From Thermoanaerobaculia bacterium (GTDB lineage: Bacteria > Acidobacteriota > Thermoanaerobaculia > Multivoradales > JAIOJS01), in the NCBI GenBank assembly GCA_030429235.1, contig JAUIDB010000007.1:52677-116676 (forward strand): DNA of 64,000 nucleotides, in the 5' to 3' direction. How positions within the stretch are numbered: the first letter of the stretch is position 1; every line of letters begins with the position of its first letter. A program made the position numbers and the translations under genes. Positions 18,638 to 28,350 of the stretch are shown piece after piece. The notes beneath the pieces were generated by a model that was not told the DNA's origin, ran no database searches, and saw nothing but the letters and a program-made list of their open reading frames with translations.

Positions 18638-19962
18638 GGGGTAGAACCCGAACCGGTCGTGGCCGAGTCCGCGGCCAGGATCGACCGATAGACCGCCAGT
18701 GTTCGCTCGGCCATCGTCGTGTCGTCGAAGTCGCGGTGGACGGCGGCCCGGCCGGCCGTGGCGAGTCGTCGTCGGGTGGGCTCGTCGTCGAGGAGCCGAC
18801 GCAGGCTGCCGGCGAGGGCGCTGATCGAACCGGCGGCGTGCAGTACGCCGCCGCCGGTGGCGCGCACCATCTCGGGGAAGGAGCCGTGGTCGGGGAGAAC
18901 CGTGGGGACTCCCGCGGCCATCGCTTCGAGGGCAGAGAGTCCCTTGGCCTCGCGGTAGGTGGTGGGAAGAGCGAACAGGTGGACCCGGCCCAAGAGACCG
19001 AGTTTTCCGGCCCGGTCGACCTCCCCCAGGTACTCGAAACGATCGGCGAGCCCCCACGCCTCGACCTGTTGTCGGAGTCCGGCGAAGTACGCCTGGTCGC
19101 GGGTTCCCAGGTAACCGGCGGCCAGGATGCGGGTGCTGTCGTCGCCCTCGTCGCGCAGGGTCCGCAGAGCGGCGACCAGGTGGTGCAGGCCCTTCTCGGG
19201 GCAGATCCGGGCCAGGAAACCGATGGTCGGCGGACCCGTCGGGTCGGCGGCGGTGTAACCGTCGAGGGAGATGCCGAGGGGCACGACCGCGATCCGGTCC
19301 GGTTCGACAGCGAGTCGATCGGCCATCGCGTCCGCGTAGTACCGACTGGGGGCGAGAAAGCGATCGACCTCGGCGGCGCGCCGGCGCATCTCGGTTTCCG
19401 CGGCCTTGCGGTGGCTCGGGAGCAGGTCGTCGAGGAAGAGGTCCTCGCCCTGGAGCGAGACCACGACGGGTACGCCGACTTCGCGGCGCAGCTGTCGGAC
19501 GAGACCGAGGAACAGCGAATTGGTGATGTGGATGACGTCGGGCTGGAGCTCCCGCAGCCAGCGACAGAGCTTGTCGAGTTCCTTGCGTTGCGGGCCCGCC
19601 TCCCCTTGCAGCACGGCCAGCGTCAGTTCGCCCAGCTCGCGGGCGTCGGTCGAGCCGGCAAACCGCGACACCCAACGCAGCAGACCGCGTTGATCGAGGA
19701 GTCGGTCGAGGAACCGGGGGGTGTGGCGGAAGAGCCCCGTCTTGAGCTGGAGGTAGACGTTGATGGCACCGTAAAACACCCGACCCTGGCTGACGTTCGG
19801 CTCGTCGGTTCGCATCGGGGTGTAGGTAGGGATCAACGTCACGTCGTGTCCCAGTTGGAGCATGGCGGCGGCCAGCGCGTTGTCGTGGATGCAGCTGCCG
19901 CAGTACATCCCGGCGGCGCCCGCCGCGATGTAGGCGACCTTCAGCGGCGTAGGCTCCGTCAT
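18634..19962 (-). CDS. Glycosyltransferase family 4 (GT-B) with N-terminal CGSC motif
   Basis: 442 aa. N-terminus MYCGSCIHDNALAAAMLQLGHDV. C-terminal GT4 sugar-donor motif region (EAKGLSALEAMAAGVPTV). 4-nt overlap with the upstream SSS gene. Confidence 0.8.
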   Translation of the reverse strand: MTEPTPLKVAYIAAGAAGMYCGSCIHDNALAAAMLQLGHDVTLIPTYTPMRTDEPNVSQGRVFYGAINVYLQLKTGLFRHTPRFLDRLLDQRGLLRWVSRFAGSTDARELGELTLAVLQGEAGPQRKELDKLCRWLRELQPDVIHITNSLFLGLVRQLRREVGVPVVVSLQGEDLFLDDLLPSHRKAAETEMRRRAAEVDRFLAPSRYYADAMADRLAVEPDRIAVVPLGISLDGYTAADPTGPPTIGFLARICPEKGLHHLVAALRTLRDEGDDSTRILAAGYLGTRDQAYFAGLRQQVEAWGLADRFEYLGEVDRAGKLGLLGRVHLFALPTTYREAKGLSALEAMAAGVPTVLPDHGSFPEMVRATGGGVLHAAGSISALAGSLRRLLDDEPTRRRLATAGRAAVHRDFDDTTMAERTLAVYRSILAADSATTGSGSTP

Positions 19963-21449
19963 ACCGACTCCTCGCTCCCTTCGCCGAAGAAGCGACCGAG
20001 GTGGGCGGTCGAAGGCGCCTGTGAGAACCAGGAGCCGAGCAGCAGAGCGGCGGCCGAAGCGAGCAGAAGCTGGGCGATCGGCGGCGCGCCGTGGCCGTGG
20101 CCCCAGGAGCGCCAGAGTAGGACACTCCAGCCGATGGCGGTGGTCAGCAGACAGGCCACCGCCCCGGTAGCGGTCGACCGGCGCCAGTAGAGAGCGGCCA
20201 GCACCAACGGCAGCAGGCCGGTGAAGCCGGTGAACGACCAGATCCCCAGACGGAAGATCGTGCTCTCGACCGTGATCGCCAGGACGAAGGCCACCACCAT
20301 GACCAGCGCCACTCCGAGCCGTCCCCAGAAGAGCTGTCGGGTTTCGCTGCCCTGCGCTCCTCCGAGACCACGACTGATCAGGGTACCGAGGGCGAGGACC
20401 TGGGAGTCGAGAGAGGACATCACCGCCGCCAGCACACCCGCCGCCAGGACCCCGGCCATGATGGCCGGCGTGTGACCTTCGATCAGTCGGATCAGGATCG
20501 AACTGGCAGCCGGACCCTCGAGGCCGGGGAGGACCACGGCTCCGACCACGCCGAGCAGCACGCTCGGAAGCCAGACGGCTGCCACGCAGAGGGGGTAGGC
20601 CACGACCGGCAGTCGAAACGCCGCCTGACTTCGTGCCGTCAGCCAGTGCATGAAGAGGTGGGGAAACATGCCGACCGAAAGCGGCACCAGGGTGTAGGAG
20701 AGCATCTCTCGGGGCGTGATCAGGTCACCGCGCACCAGGAGTTCGGGTCGTTCGCGCTGGGCGCTGTCGAGGATTGCCTCCAGCCCTCCCACGCTCCGCA
20801 GGATGAGGAGGGTCGCCACCCCGCCCAGGACCACGAACACCGTGGTCTGCAGGGCGTTGGCCCAGGCGGTGCCCCGGGCTCCTCCCAGGCTCACGTAGGT
20901 CAGGACCACTGCACACAGCAGGAGCGATCCGACCCATTCGGCGATCACTCCGCTCGTAATCTGGGAGAGGGTGAGGCCGGCGCCCTTGATGCCGATCAGG
21001 AGGTAGGGCAACAGGAAGAGCACGACGATCGGCAGCAGCAGCTTGCCGACCACCGCCGAACCCCAACGGGCCTCGAAGAGTTCGGTCTGGGTGACGAACC
21101 CGTGGCGTCGGCCAAGGCGCCACAGCGGTCGGCCGACGAAGAGAAAGACGACGGGTACGACCAACGCCGAGGACGAGGCCATCAGGGCGAAGACCCCGAT
21201 CCCCCGCCGGTACGCTTCGCCGGAGGCTCCCAAGAGGGAGAACGCCGTCATGTGCGTGCCGAACAGGGAGAGCAGCAGCAGGAGCGGCCCGATCGAGCGG
21301 CTGGCCACGAAGTAGTCCTCACCGGTGCTCTGCAGGCGGATGCGGCTCGCCACTCCCACCCCGAGGACGAGGCAGAGGTAGAGCGCGATGACGAAGAGGG
21401 TCACTGCGACTGGCTCCGCGGGGCGTCGAGGCGACGCACCACCCACCAC
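19959..21449 (-). CDS. Sodium:solute symporter (SSS) family transporter
   Basis: 496 aa with about 13 TM helices. N-terminal YFVASRSIGPLLL motif typical of SSS. Confidence 0.85.
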   Translation of the reverse strand: MVGGASPRRPAEPVAVTLFVIALYLCLVLGVGVASRIRLQSTGEDYFVASRSIGPLLLLLSLFGTHMTAFSLLGASGEAYRRGIGVFALMASSSALVVPVVFLFVGRPLWRLGRRHGFVTQTELFEARWGSAVVGKLLLPIVVLFLLPYLLIGIKGAGLTLSQITSGVIAEWVGSLLLCAVVLTYVSLGGARGTAWANALQTTVFVVLGGVATLLILRSVGGLEAILDSAQRERPELLVRGDLITPREMLSYTLVPLSVGMFPHLFMHWLTARSQAAFRLPVVAYPLCVAAVWLPSVLLGVVGAVVLPGLEGPAASSILIRLIEGHTPAIMAGVLAAGVLAAVMSSLDSQVLALGTLISRGLGGAQGSETRQLFWGRLGVALVMVVAFVLAITVESTIFRLGIWSFTGFTGLLPLVLAALYWRRSTATGAVACLLTTAIGWSVLLWRSWGHGHGAPPIAQLLLASAAALLLGSWFSQAPSTAHLGRFFGEGSEESV

Positions 21450-21607
21450 AACGCGGCACTGACCAACCCGCAGTAGAGCAGATGGAAGGTCAAGCCGATC
21501 GGCAGGCCGAGTAGCCGCTGGCTAGCGTTCCACCACCAGAGGTCCTGATGGAGCAGGAAGAGGACCAGCAGCAGAGCGGCGATCGCGGCGCGGCCGAAAC
21601 CGCTCAC
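21401..21607 (-). CDS. DUF3311 small membrane protein (SSS-transporter partner)
   Basis: 68 aa with two TM helices. Overlaps the SSS start. DUF3311 proteins are typically encoded immediately upstream of SSS genes. Confidence 0.55.
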   Translation of the reverse strand: MSGFGRAAIAALLLVLFLLHQDLWWWNASQRLLGLPIGLTFHLLYCGLVSAALWWVVRRLDAPRSQSQ

Positions 21608-22893
21608 GAGACGGGTTCGGCCGGCTGGTCCGCGAGGTGGGCATCGAGGTCGGCCAGCAGTCCGGCCGGCGAACGCTCGAAGACGCGCCCCACGAGCATG
21701 TCCACCAGGTCCTGGCGGCGGTGCGGATAGGCCCGGAGGAAGGATCCGAAGTGGAAGTCCGGGTCGTAGTAGGCACGCACCAGCCGCTTGAGGGCATCCA
21801 GGCCGGCCGTGAACTCGGCCTCGAAGCGCCCCAACGAGGCCGCCGACAGGTCGTCGTCGCGCAGCGCCGCGTCGATGGCGTCGGCCGCCATCTCCCCGGA
21901 GGTCAACGCCAGGAAGACGCCGGTCGAATAGATCGGGTCGAGGAATCCGAAAGCGTCACCGACCAACACCCAGCCGTCGCCGCTGAGGGATCGACTGCGG
22001 TAGGAAAAGTCGCGCAGCGCGGTCACCGGCAGGACCCGCTCGGCCTCCGCCAGGCGTTCGGCCAGCGCCGGGCAGTCGGCGAGTTCCTCTTCGAACACGA
22101 TCTGAGGGTCAGCGGTCCGGCCGTCGATGAGGTGCGTGAGGGGGGCCACCACCCCGACACTCGCGAGGTCTTCCGGAAGGGGGATGAACCAGAGCCAGGC
22201 GCGCCGGCTCGACGTCTGATAGATGATGGTCGCCCCTTCGTCGCGGCCGGAGTCCCGCCGAGCCCTGCGGTAGTGGGTGAAGAAGCTGACGTTGCGGTCG
22301 AGACCCGGCTCCTCGTGGCGCAGGCCGAGCTTCCGGGCGATGAGGGTGCTCTGGCCGGTGGCGTCCACGACCACGCGGGCGCTGACCTGACGCTCGGCGC
22401 CGTCGCGCCGCAGGCGAACCCCGGTGGCGCGGCCCTGGTCATCGAAGAGAACCTGTCGCACCTGAGTTCCGACCTCGACGGTGGCTCCACAACGTTCGGC
22501 ATTGCGGCGCAGCATCGGGTCGAACTCGGAGCGCAGGACCTGCCAGGTCTGGGCGCGCTCTCCGAGGTCGGTCTCGGTGAAATAGAAGGGCGCGGAGGCG
22601 CGCCCTCCTCCCGAGAAGAACTGCACGCTGTGCTTGGCCGGGAAGTGGCTACGGCGCATTTCGTCGAGAACACCGAGGCGATGCAGGACGTCGAAGGTCG
22701 CCGGCATCAGCGACTCGCCGATCCGAAACTCGGGCTGCGCCGCCTTCTCCACCAGCAGCACCCGGTGGCCCAGTTGGGCCACCAGAGCGGCAACGGTGGC
22801 GCCGGCCGGCCCTCCTCCCGCTACGACCACGTCGTAGTCAGAGGGGGGGCTACTGAGAGGCTCCTCGGTACCGACGGTCGGGACATGCGACAA
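21604..22893 (-). CDS. FAD-dependent oxidoreductase of the flavin-halogenase (tryptophan halogenase-like) family
   Basis: GxGxxG (VVAGGGPAGATV). WxWxIP motif (AWLWFIPL). FLDPIYSTG motif. Positions aligning to PrnA Lys79 and Glu346 appear to be Asp and Tyr (hand alignment). Confidence 0.75.
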   Translation of the reverse strand: MSHVPTVGTEEPLSSPPSDYDVVVAGGGPAGATVAALVAQLGHRVLLVEKAAQPEFRIGESLMPATFDVLHRLGVLDEMRRSHFPAKHSVQFFSGGGRASAPFYFTETDLGERAQTWQVLRSEFDPMLRRNAERCGATVEVGTQVRQVLFDDQGRATGVRLRRDGAERQVSARVVVDATGQSTLIARKLGLRHEEPGLDRNVSFFTHYRRARRDSGRDEGATIIYQTSSRRAWLWFIPLPEDLASVGVVAPLTHLIDGRTADPQIVFEEELADCPALAERLAEAERVLPVTALRDFSYRSRSLSGDGWVLVGDAFGFLDPIYSTGVFLALTSGEMAADAIDAALRDDDLSAASLGRFEAEFTAGLDALKRLVRAYYDPDFHFGSFLRAYPHRRQDLVDMLVGRVFERSPAGLLADLDAHLADQPAEPVS

Positions 22894-22951
22894 GGGTGGG
22901 GTCCTCCGGGTCGAGATGAAGGGGCGGTAGGCCCCGCAGCAGATCAGACGA

Positions 22952-25117
22952 TCAGAATCGTACCTCGACTCCTAGCCGGGCACCGAACGGCGAACCGGGG
23001 ATGGCCGAGTTCGAGCCAAACCCGCGGCTCTCGTACTCGGTGTCGGCGAGGTTGTCGAGATGCAGCGAGAAGCGCCATCGGGGCAGGGAGTAGATCAGAC
23101 TGGCGTCGAGGATCGAGTAGGCGTCGATCTCCGCCGCGTTGTCTTCGGCCAGGAACTGGTCGTCGACGTATCGTGCTCCCAGGCTCGCGACCCAGGAGCC
23201 GACGTGGTGGCTGACCCAGAGCGTCGCCAGGTGCTCGGGAGAGAGCGCCGAGCGGTTGCCGGAGCGGTCGAAGACGAGGAACGGCGGATTGCTGCCGGTC
23301 GGGACCAGCTCCGAGAATCGGGTCAAGGTGGAGTCGGTGTAGGCGTAGACGAAGGTGGCGCGGGTCTGGTCCGAGAGGCGAGCCCTGAACTCGAGCTCCA
23401 ATCCCTGCGCCTCCTGGTCTCCGATCTGTTGCGTGAAGCCGTTGTCGTCGGCGATGGCGATGTTGTCGCGCACGATCTCGAACAGCGCCACCGACACGGT
23501 GCCGCGGCCGCCCCAGAGTTCGTGGCGGGCGCCGATCTCGATCTGCTGACTCTCTTCGGGCTGTCGCTCTCCGACCACCCGGGCGGAGGGGGGAGCGAAG
23601 GAGCGGGCGCTGTTGGCGTAGATCGAGAACCGCCGGTTTGGCGAGTAGACCAGTCCGACTAGCGGCGACAGTTCGTCGTCGGAGCGAGAATCACCGCGCA
23701 CGGAGTCCTCGAATTCGATCCGGTCGAAGCGCGCGCCGAGGAGCAGTTGCCAATGCTCGGAGAGCGCCATCTGGTCGATGAAGTAAGGGGCCAGGATCTC
23801 GGTGGTCGAGTTGCCGGCCTGGTGTTGACTGGGGAGGAAGAAGAGCGGTTCGCTGGCCGTCTCTACCGGAGCGAGCAGGTCCATGAAGGGCAAGATGGCG
23901 ACGTCGAGGGTGTACTCGTCCTCGAGGCGAGCGATCTCGAGGCCGAACAGGAAGCGGTGCTGGATCGAGCCGGTGTCCAGACTCCAGACCACCTCGGACT
24001 GGTTGCCGAGAAAGCTCTGGTCGTCGTCGAGGGCGGTCAGGGTCCGAGCCAGGGTGAGGCGCCCGCCGGCGAACGGATTGGGGAACACTCCCGACATCAG
24101 GGTGCCGGTGGACTCCCAGTCGAGTCCTCGGAGGTAGCTCTTGTTGCGCAGGGTGAGGCGGTCGGAGACCTGGTGCTCGACGTCGACCTGGAACCGCGTG
24201 ATGTCCTGCTCCGAGAAGTCGAAGGGTGAACCGTAGGATCGCTTGCGATCGATCTCGGAGAGCAGTTCGCCGCCGACGAGGGGGAGTCCGCCATCGGGCA
24301 GGAAGTCGGAGGATGCGAGTTCGACGTTGAAGTGGAGGCTGGTGCGATCGTCGGGCCGCCAGCCGAGCACCGGATTGACCGCGATCACCTCGCTGTCGGT
24401 CGCGTCCCGGTAGCCACCGCGCTCACGGTAGATGCCGTTGAGGCGAAAGGTCAGGGCGTCGCCCCCCAGAGGTTGATTGAGATCGATCTGCGCCTCGGTG
24501 GTGTCGAAGCTGCCCCCGGCGAGTCGCGCGATGCCGAACGAAGTCGGCGTCGGCTGCTTACGGACCAGGTTGACCGCCGCCGCCAGAGGGTTGCTGCCGT
24601 AGAGGAAACCCGCCGGGCCCTTGAAGACCTCGACCCGTTCGGTGTTGTACATCTGGTAGAACGTGGCCTCGGGTTCGGGGGCTCCGTCGGTCAGGACGAG
24701 TCCGCTCGAGGTCGAGTCGAATCCACGCACGATGAAGAGGTCGAACACGCCGTTGCCGGTCTGCGCGTTGACTCCGCTCACTCCGGCCAGGGCGTCGCCG
24801 AGCACCTCGGCTCCTTGCTCGATCAGCAGATCGGCGGAGACGACGCCGACGTGAGCGGGGGTCAGAGCGAGCGGCACCGGAAGCTTGGTGGCGATCGTGT
24901 TCGAAGTCGGAGCGAAGGGTAGGCTCTCCTCGACCAGGAGGCGTTCTTCGAGAACCAGGGCGACTCGACACTCCTGGCTCGACACTTCGGTCGAGTCGCA
25001 GGAATCGTCCTGGCCTCCCTCCTCGGTGGAGAACGTCGGCGGTGCGAGCCAGAGAAGGGCCGCCAGGGCGGCGGTCGCACTCCGGCGGAGAGGCAGAAGG
25101 GTCTTGCTTGGCGTCAT
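22952..25117 (-). CDS. TonB-dependent receptor
   Basis: 721 aa. Signal peptide, plug motifs (VVSADLLIEQGAEVLGDALAGVSGV, VEVFKGPAGFLYGSNP), and a C-terminal aromatic terminus (LGVEVRF). Confidence 0.85.
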   Translation of the reverse strand: MTPSKTLLPLRRSATAALAALLWLAPPTFSTEEGGQDDSCDSTEVSSQECRVALVLEERLLVEESLPFAPTSNTIATKLPVPLALTPAHVGVVSADLLIEQGAEVLGDALAGVSGVNAQTGNGVFDLFIVRGFDSTSSGLVLTDGAPEPEATFYQMYNTERVEVFKGPAGFLYGSNPLAAAVNLVRKQPTPTSFGIARLAGGSFDTTEAQIDLNQPLGGDALTFRLNGIYRERGGYRDATDSEVIAVNPVLGWRPDDRTSLHFNVELASSDFLPDGGLPLVGGELLSEIDRKRSYGSPFDFSEQDITRFQVDVEHQVSDRLTLRNKSYLRGLDWESTGTLMSGVFPNPFAGGRLTLARTLTALDDDQSFLGNQSEVVWSLDTGSIQHRFLFGLEIARLEDEYTLDVAILPFMDLLAPVETASEPLFFLPSQHQAGNSTTEILAPYFIDQMALSEHWQLLLGARFDRIEFEDSVRGDSRSDDELSPLVGLVYSPNRRFSIYANSARSFAPPSARVVGERQPEESQQIEIGARHELWGGRGTVSVALFEIVRDNIAIADDNGFTQQIGDQEAQGLELEFRARLSDQTRATFVYAYTDSTLTRFSELVPTGSNPPFLVFDRSGNRSALSPEHLATLWVSHHVGSWVASLGARYVDDQFLAEDNAAEIDAYSILDASLIYSLPRWRFSLHLDNLADTEYESRGFGSNSAIPGSPFGARLGVEVRF

Positions 25118-25231
25118 GCTGTGGCGTATCCAGACCGAGCTCGAAGCATCGGCACTTGTTGTTCTCGTGGTTCTCGGGACCTGCTGCCTTCGCGGCCCGG
25201 TCCCGATGGTGAGGGCGACTCTACTGCAGGA

Positions 25232-26515
25232 TCAGCGGCCGACGGCGAGGGCGACCATCTCGGATTGCGAACGAAGGTAGAGGATGCCGTCGGCCAGGGC
25301 CGGCTGGCCCCAGGTCCGTGCCTTGAAGGGTCGACTCTCGGCGCTGGCTTCGAAGCCATCGGGGGAAGCCTTGCCGATCAGCAGCTGCCCCTGTTCCCCG
25401 AACACGATCAGCTGGCCGTCGGCATAGATCAGCGATCCCTTGCCCAGTCCGCGGTGTCCCCAGTGCTCTTCGCCACTGACCGCGTCGATGCACTTGAGCG
25501 TGCCGTTGTCGAAGCCGTAGATCTTGCCGTCGACCAGGACCGAGCTGTTGAAGTGGTTGCGCATGCCGCGACTCTTCCAGACCTCTCGGGTCACGAAGTC
25601 CTCACCCTCCTTGTCGATACGAAAGAAGGCCGCGCCGACGTCGTAGGCCGAAGAGAAGAAGACCCCGTTCGGGGGCACGAACACCGGCATCGCCGCGTTG
25701 ACGTCGTAGGAGGTGCGCCACGGGATCTCCCAGTAGCGGTCGCCGTTGTCTGCATCGATCGAAACCAGGCCCGCTGCGGTGAAGAAGAGCACCTGGGGCG
25801 TGCCGGCGATGGTCACCGCCAGCGGTGACGAGTAGCCGGGAGACTCGTTGCCCGAGGCCCAGTTGAGAGAGCCGGTCGCGGTGTCGAAGGAGGCCACCGA
25901 GTGTCCGCGGCGTCCGCCGACCTCGACCAGGAGTTGGTCGCCGAGCACCAACGGTGATCCCGAGATCCCCCACTGCGGGATCTTGGCACCGTACTCTTCG
26001 ACCAGGTCGACCTTCCAGCGCACCGTTCCGCTCTCGGCGTCGAGGGCAGCGAGCTTCCCGAGCGCGCCGAGGACGTACACGCTGTCGCCGGCGACGGTGG
26101 GCGTAGCGCGGGGGCCGCCGCCCTGACCATCGGGACGGTCGCGGTCGATGATCTGCTTCCACAGGCGCTGGCCGGTCTTGGCGTCGTGAGCGACGGCCAT
26201 TTCGGTACCGGCCGAGGAGACCAGGGTGTGGACCCGACCGTCCGCGACCGCCATCGACGAGTAGCCTAGGTCTCCCACGTTGACGCGCCAGAGTTCTTGC
26301 GGCCCGGTTTCCGGCCACGCCGCCCGCAGCTTCTCAGTGGCGGCATGGCCATCGCGGTCGTTGCCCCGGTACTGCGTCCAGTCGGCAGCTCCCGCGGGCA
26401 GGGTCAGTAGGGCTCCGAGCGTGGCCACGCAGAGAAGAAAAGGCACGGGGCGGGGGGTCGTGGGCATAGGTCCTCCGGCGGGGTCGAGCGGTTGAAGGTC
26501 AGGTGTAGCGGGCAC
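25232..26515 (-). CDS. PQQ-like beta-propeller repeat protein (secreted)
   Basis: Signal peptide, then DWTQYRGNDRDG, then about eight blades with hydrophobic-Ala-Leu-Asp/GxxxW loops. Confidence 0.75.
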   Translation of the reverse strand: MPATPDLQPLDPAGGPMPTTPRPVPFLLCVATLGALLTLPAGAADWTQYRGNDRDGHAATEKLRAAWPETGPQELWRVNVGDLGYSSMAVADGRVHTLVSSAGTEMAVAHDAKTGQRLWKQIIDRDRPDGQGGGPRATPTVAGDSVYVLGALGKLAALDAESGTVRWKVDLVEEYGAKIPQWGISGSPLVLGDQLLVEVGGRRGHSVASFDTATGSLNWASGNESPGYSSPLAVTIAGTPQVLFFTAAGLVSIDADNGDRYWEIPWRTSYDVNAAMPVFVPPNGVFFSSAYDVGAAFFRIDKEGEDFVTREVWKSRGMRNHFNSSVLVDGKIYGFDNGTLKCIDAVSGEEHWGHRGLGKGSLIYADGQLIVFGEQGQLLIGKASPDGFEASAESRPFKARTWGQPALADGILYLRSQSEMVALAVGR

Positions 26516-27866
26516 CGCGATAGCGGTCGGCGTAGAAGCGCGGGAGCAGCGAGTCGACGCGCAGCAGCCCGTCGGTGGTCAGGACGATCTCGTCGGGCCC
26601 AAAGTCGAGCATTCCTTCGTCGCGCAGGGCGGTGAGCGGCTCGTACCAACGCTGGACGACGTCGACCCCGAACTTCGCGGCAAACGGGGTGGTGGCGAGT
26701 CGACCGAGCTTGAGCTGCAGGATGAACTCCCGGGTGAGACGGTCCTCTTCGCTGGTGACGAAGGCGCGGGCGACCGTCGACTCGCCGCGCGTGGCCCGGG
26801 CGAGGTACTCTCCCCAGCCGTCGAGGTTCTGGAAGTGCACTCCCGACAGGTGCGAGAACGAGGCCACGCCGGTTCCCAGGAGATCGCAGCCCTGCCACAC
26901 CGAGTTGCGGTAGACGAAGCGTTGCTTCGGCTCCTTGACCATGGTGTAGGCGCTCGACTGGTGGTAGCCGGCGGCGGCGAGCTGTTCGAAGGCGTAGAGC
27001 TGCCAGGCGCGCTTCTGGTCCCAGTCGGCGAAGGAGTTGTCGACCTCGCCCTGCATCAGACCCTTGGCGTAGCGGGTGTTGAAGGGCAGTTCGAGTTGGT
27101 AGATGGTCACGCTGTCAGGGGCGAGGTCGACGGTACGGGCGACCGTGTCGCGCCAGGCGGTCCAGTTCTCTCCCACCATGCCGGCGATCAGGTCGATGTT
27201 GAGCTGCTCGAAGCCGAGTTCCTCGATCCACGGCAGGCACCGCCAGATCTCCTTCGAGACGTGGGCTCGGCCGTTCTCGCGCAGCACCTCGTCGTCGAAG
27301 TTCTCGATGCCCAACGACAGGCGGGTGACCCCGATGGCGCGGATCGCCTCCAGTTTGCTGCGGGTCAACGTGCCCGGCTCGCACTCGAAGGTGACCTCTT
27401 CGACCCCGTTCCAGGGCAGGGCTCCCTGCACCCGCTCCACCAGTCGATGGAGGTGCTTGACCGAGAGGTAGGACGGCGTCCCGCCGCCGAAGTAGACAAA
27501 ACGCAGTGGCCGTCCCGCCACGGCGGGCTGCTGAGACAGGGCTTCGACTTCGGCGGCCAAGGCATCGACGTAGCTGCCGATCTCGTCGAAGTTCTTGTCG
27601 GTGTAGACCCGGAAGTAGCAGAATTTACAGCGCTTGCGGCAGAACGGGATGTGGAGATAGAGGCCGAGCGGCGTCGCCGTCTGCGGTGGGCCGCTCAGGG
27701 CCCTTTCGACGGCTGGCACCGCCTCCTCGCTCCAGGCCGAGTACGGGGGGTAGTTCGAGACGAAGACACTGCCGACTTCGGTCTCGGGCGTTGCCATCCC
27801 CGCAGTCGCCGGTTCGGGGCGCTCGATCGGAGGGGTAGAGGAGGTCGAACTGGGGTTCTGCGTCAT
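26499..27866 (-). CDS. HemN-like radical SAM protein (HemW/HemN/ChuW family)
   Basis: CxxxCxxC cluster LYLHIPFCRKRCKFCYF, then GGGTPS. 455 aa. Subfamily cannot be resolved from sequence alone. Confidence 0.8.
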   Translation of the reverse strand: MTQNPSSTSSTPPIERPEPATAGMATPETEVGSVFVSNYPPYSAWSEEAVPAVERALSGPPQTATPLGLYLHIPFCRKRCKFCYFRVYTDKNFDEIGSYVDALAAEVEALSQQPAVAGRPLRFVYFGGGTPSYLSVKHLHRLVERVQGALPWNGVEEVTFECEPGTLTRSKLEAIRAIGVTRLSLGIENFDDEVLRENGRAHVSKEIWRCLPWIEELGFEQLNIDLIAGMVGENWTAWRDTVARTVDLAPDSVTIYQLELPFNTRYAKGLMQGEVDNSFADWDQKRAWQLYAFEQLAAAGYHQSSAYTMVKEPKQRFVYRNSVWQGCDLLGTGVASFSHLSGVHFQNLDGWGEYLARATRGESTVARAFVTSEEDRLTREFILQLKLGRLATTPFAAKFGVDVVQRWYEPLTALRDEGMLDFGPDEIVLTTDGLLRVDSLLPRFYADRYRGARYT

Positions 27867-28306
27867 CTTGGGACCTTCTGCCGCGGTGCTGTCCGGGTGG
27901 TGGTTTGGGGGGAGCTGGGGCGAGCCGGCGGCAGTATAGCAACGGCTACGCCTTAGGTACGGAGGCTACGCCGCAGGGTTGCGGCCAACCCGCCGGCCAC
28001 TCCGAAACACCGTCTCGGGTCCGGTCGGTGCGGTGGGCTCCGGTGCCGGACCAGGCTGGGTTCGGAGGTCATCCGAGGTGCGTCGTCCCGCAGATCGACC
28101 CTCCTCGGACCCAGGGAAAGCCTGGCTGGGGCGAGTCGGATGGCCCGAGTCGCCTGGCGGGAGCTGGGTCCTCTGTCCTCTCTGGCGCGGGAGTGTCATC
28201 TCCCGGGGGCGTCCGGGTGCCCGGAGAGGACGGCCGACGGCAACGACTCGTCGGAGAAGGCCGGCTTGGGGCAGGTGCCGCGGCTGGTATGGTCTGTGCA
28301 GTCAAA

Positions 28307-28326
28307 ACTGTCGAGACATCGACAGT
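28307..28326. promoter_or_regulatory. Perfect 8-bp inverted repeat ACTGTCGA-gaca-TCGACAGT, ~25 bp upstream of the VWFA gene in a locally AT-richer patch
   Basis: Seen directly in the 485-bp divergent intergenic region between the radical-SAM operon and the VWFA gene. Candidate operator or structured 5' leader. Confidence 0.3.
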
Positions 28327-28350
28327 CCTCTACCGACCCGGAGTTTCGCC

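Noticed and set aside
18182-21476. ORFs 18182..20125 -, 18736..20190 + and 20472..21476 + overlapping the GT4 and SSS genes.
   Set aside because: Low-complexity Arg/Pro-rich translations overlapping well-supported genes on the other frame or strand.
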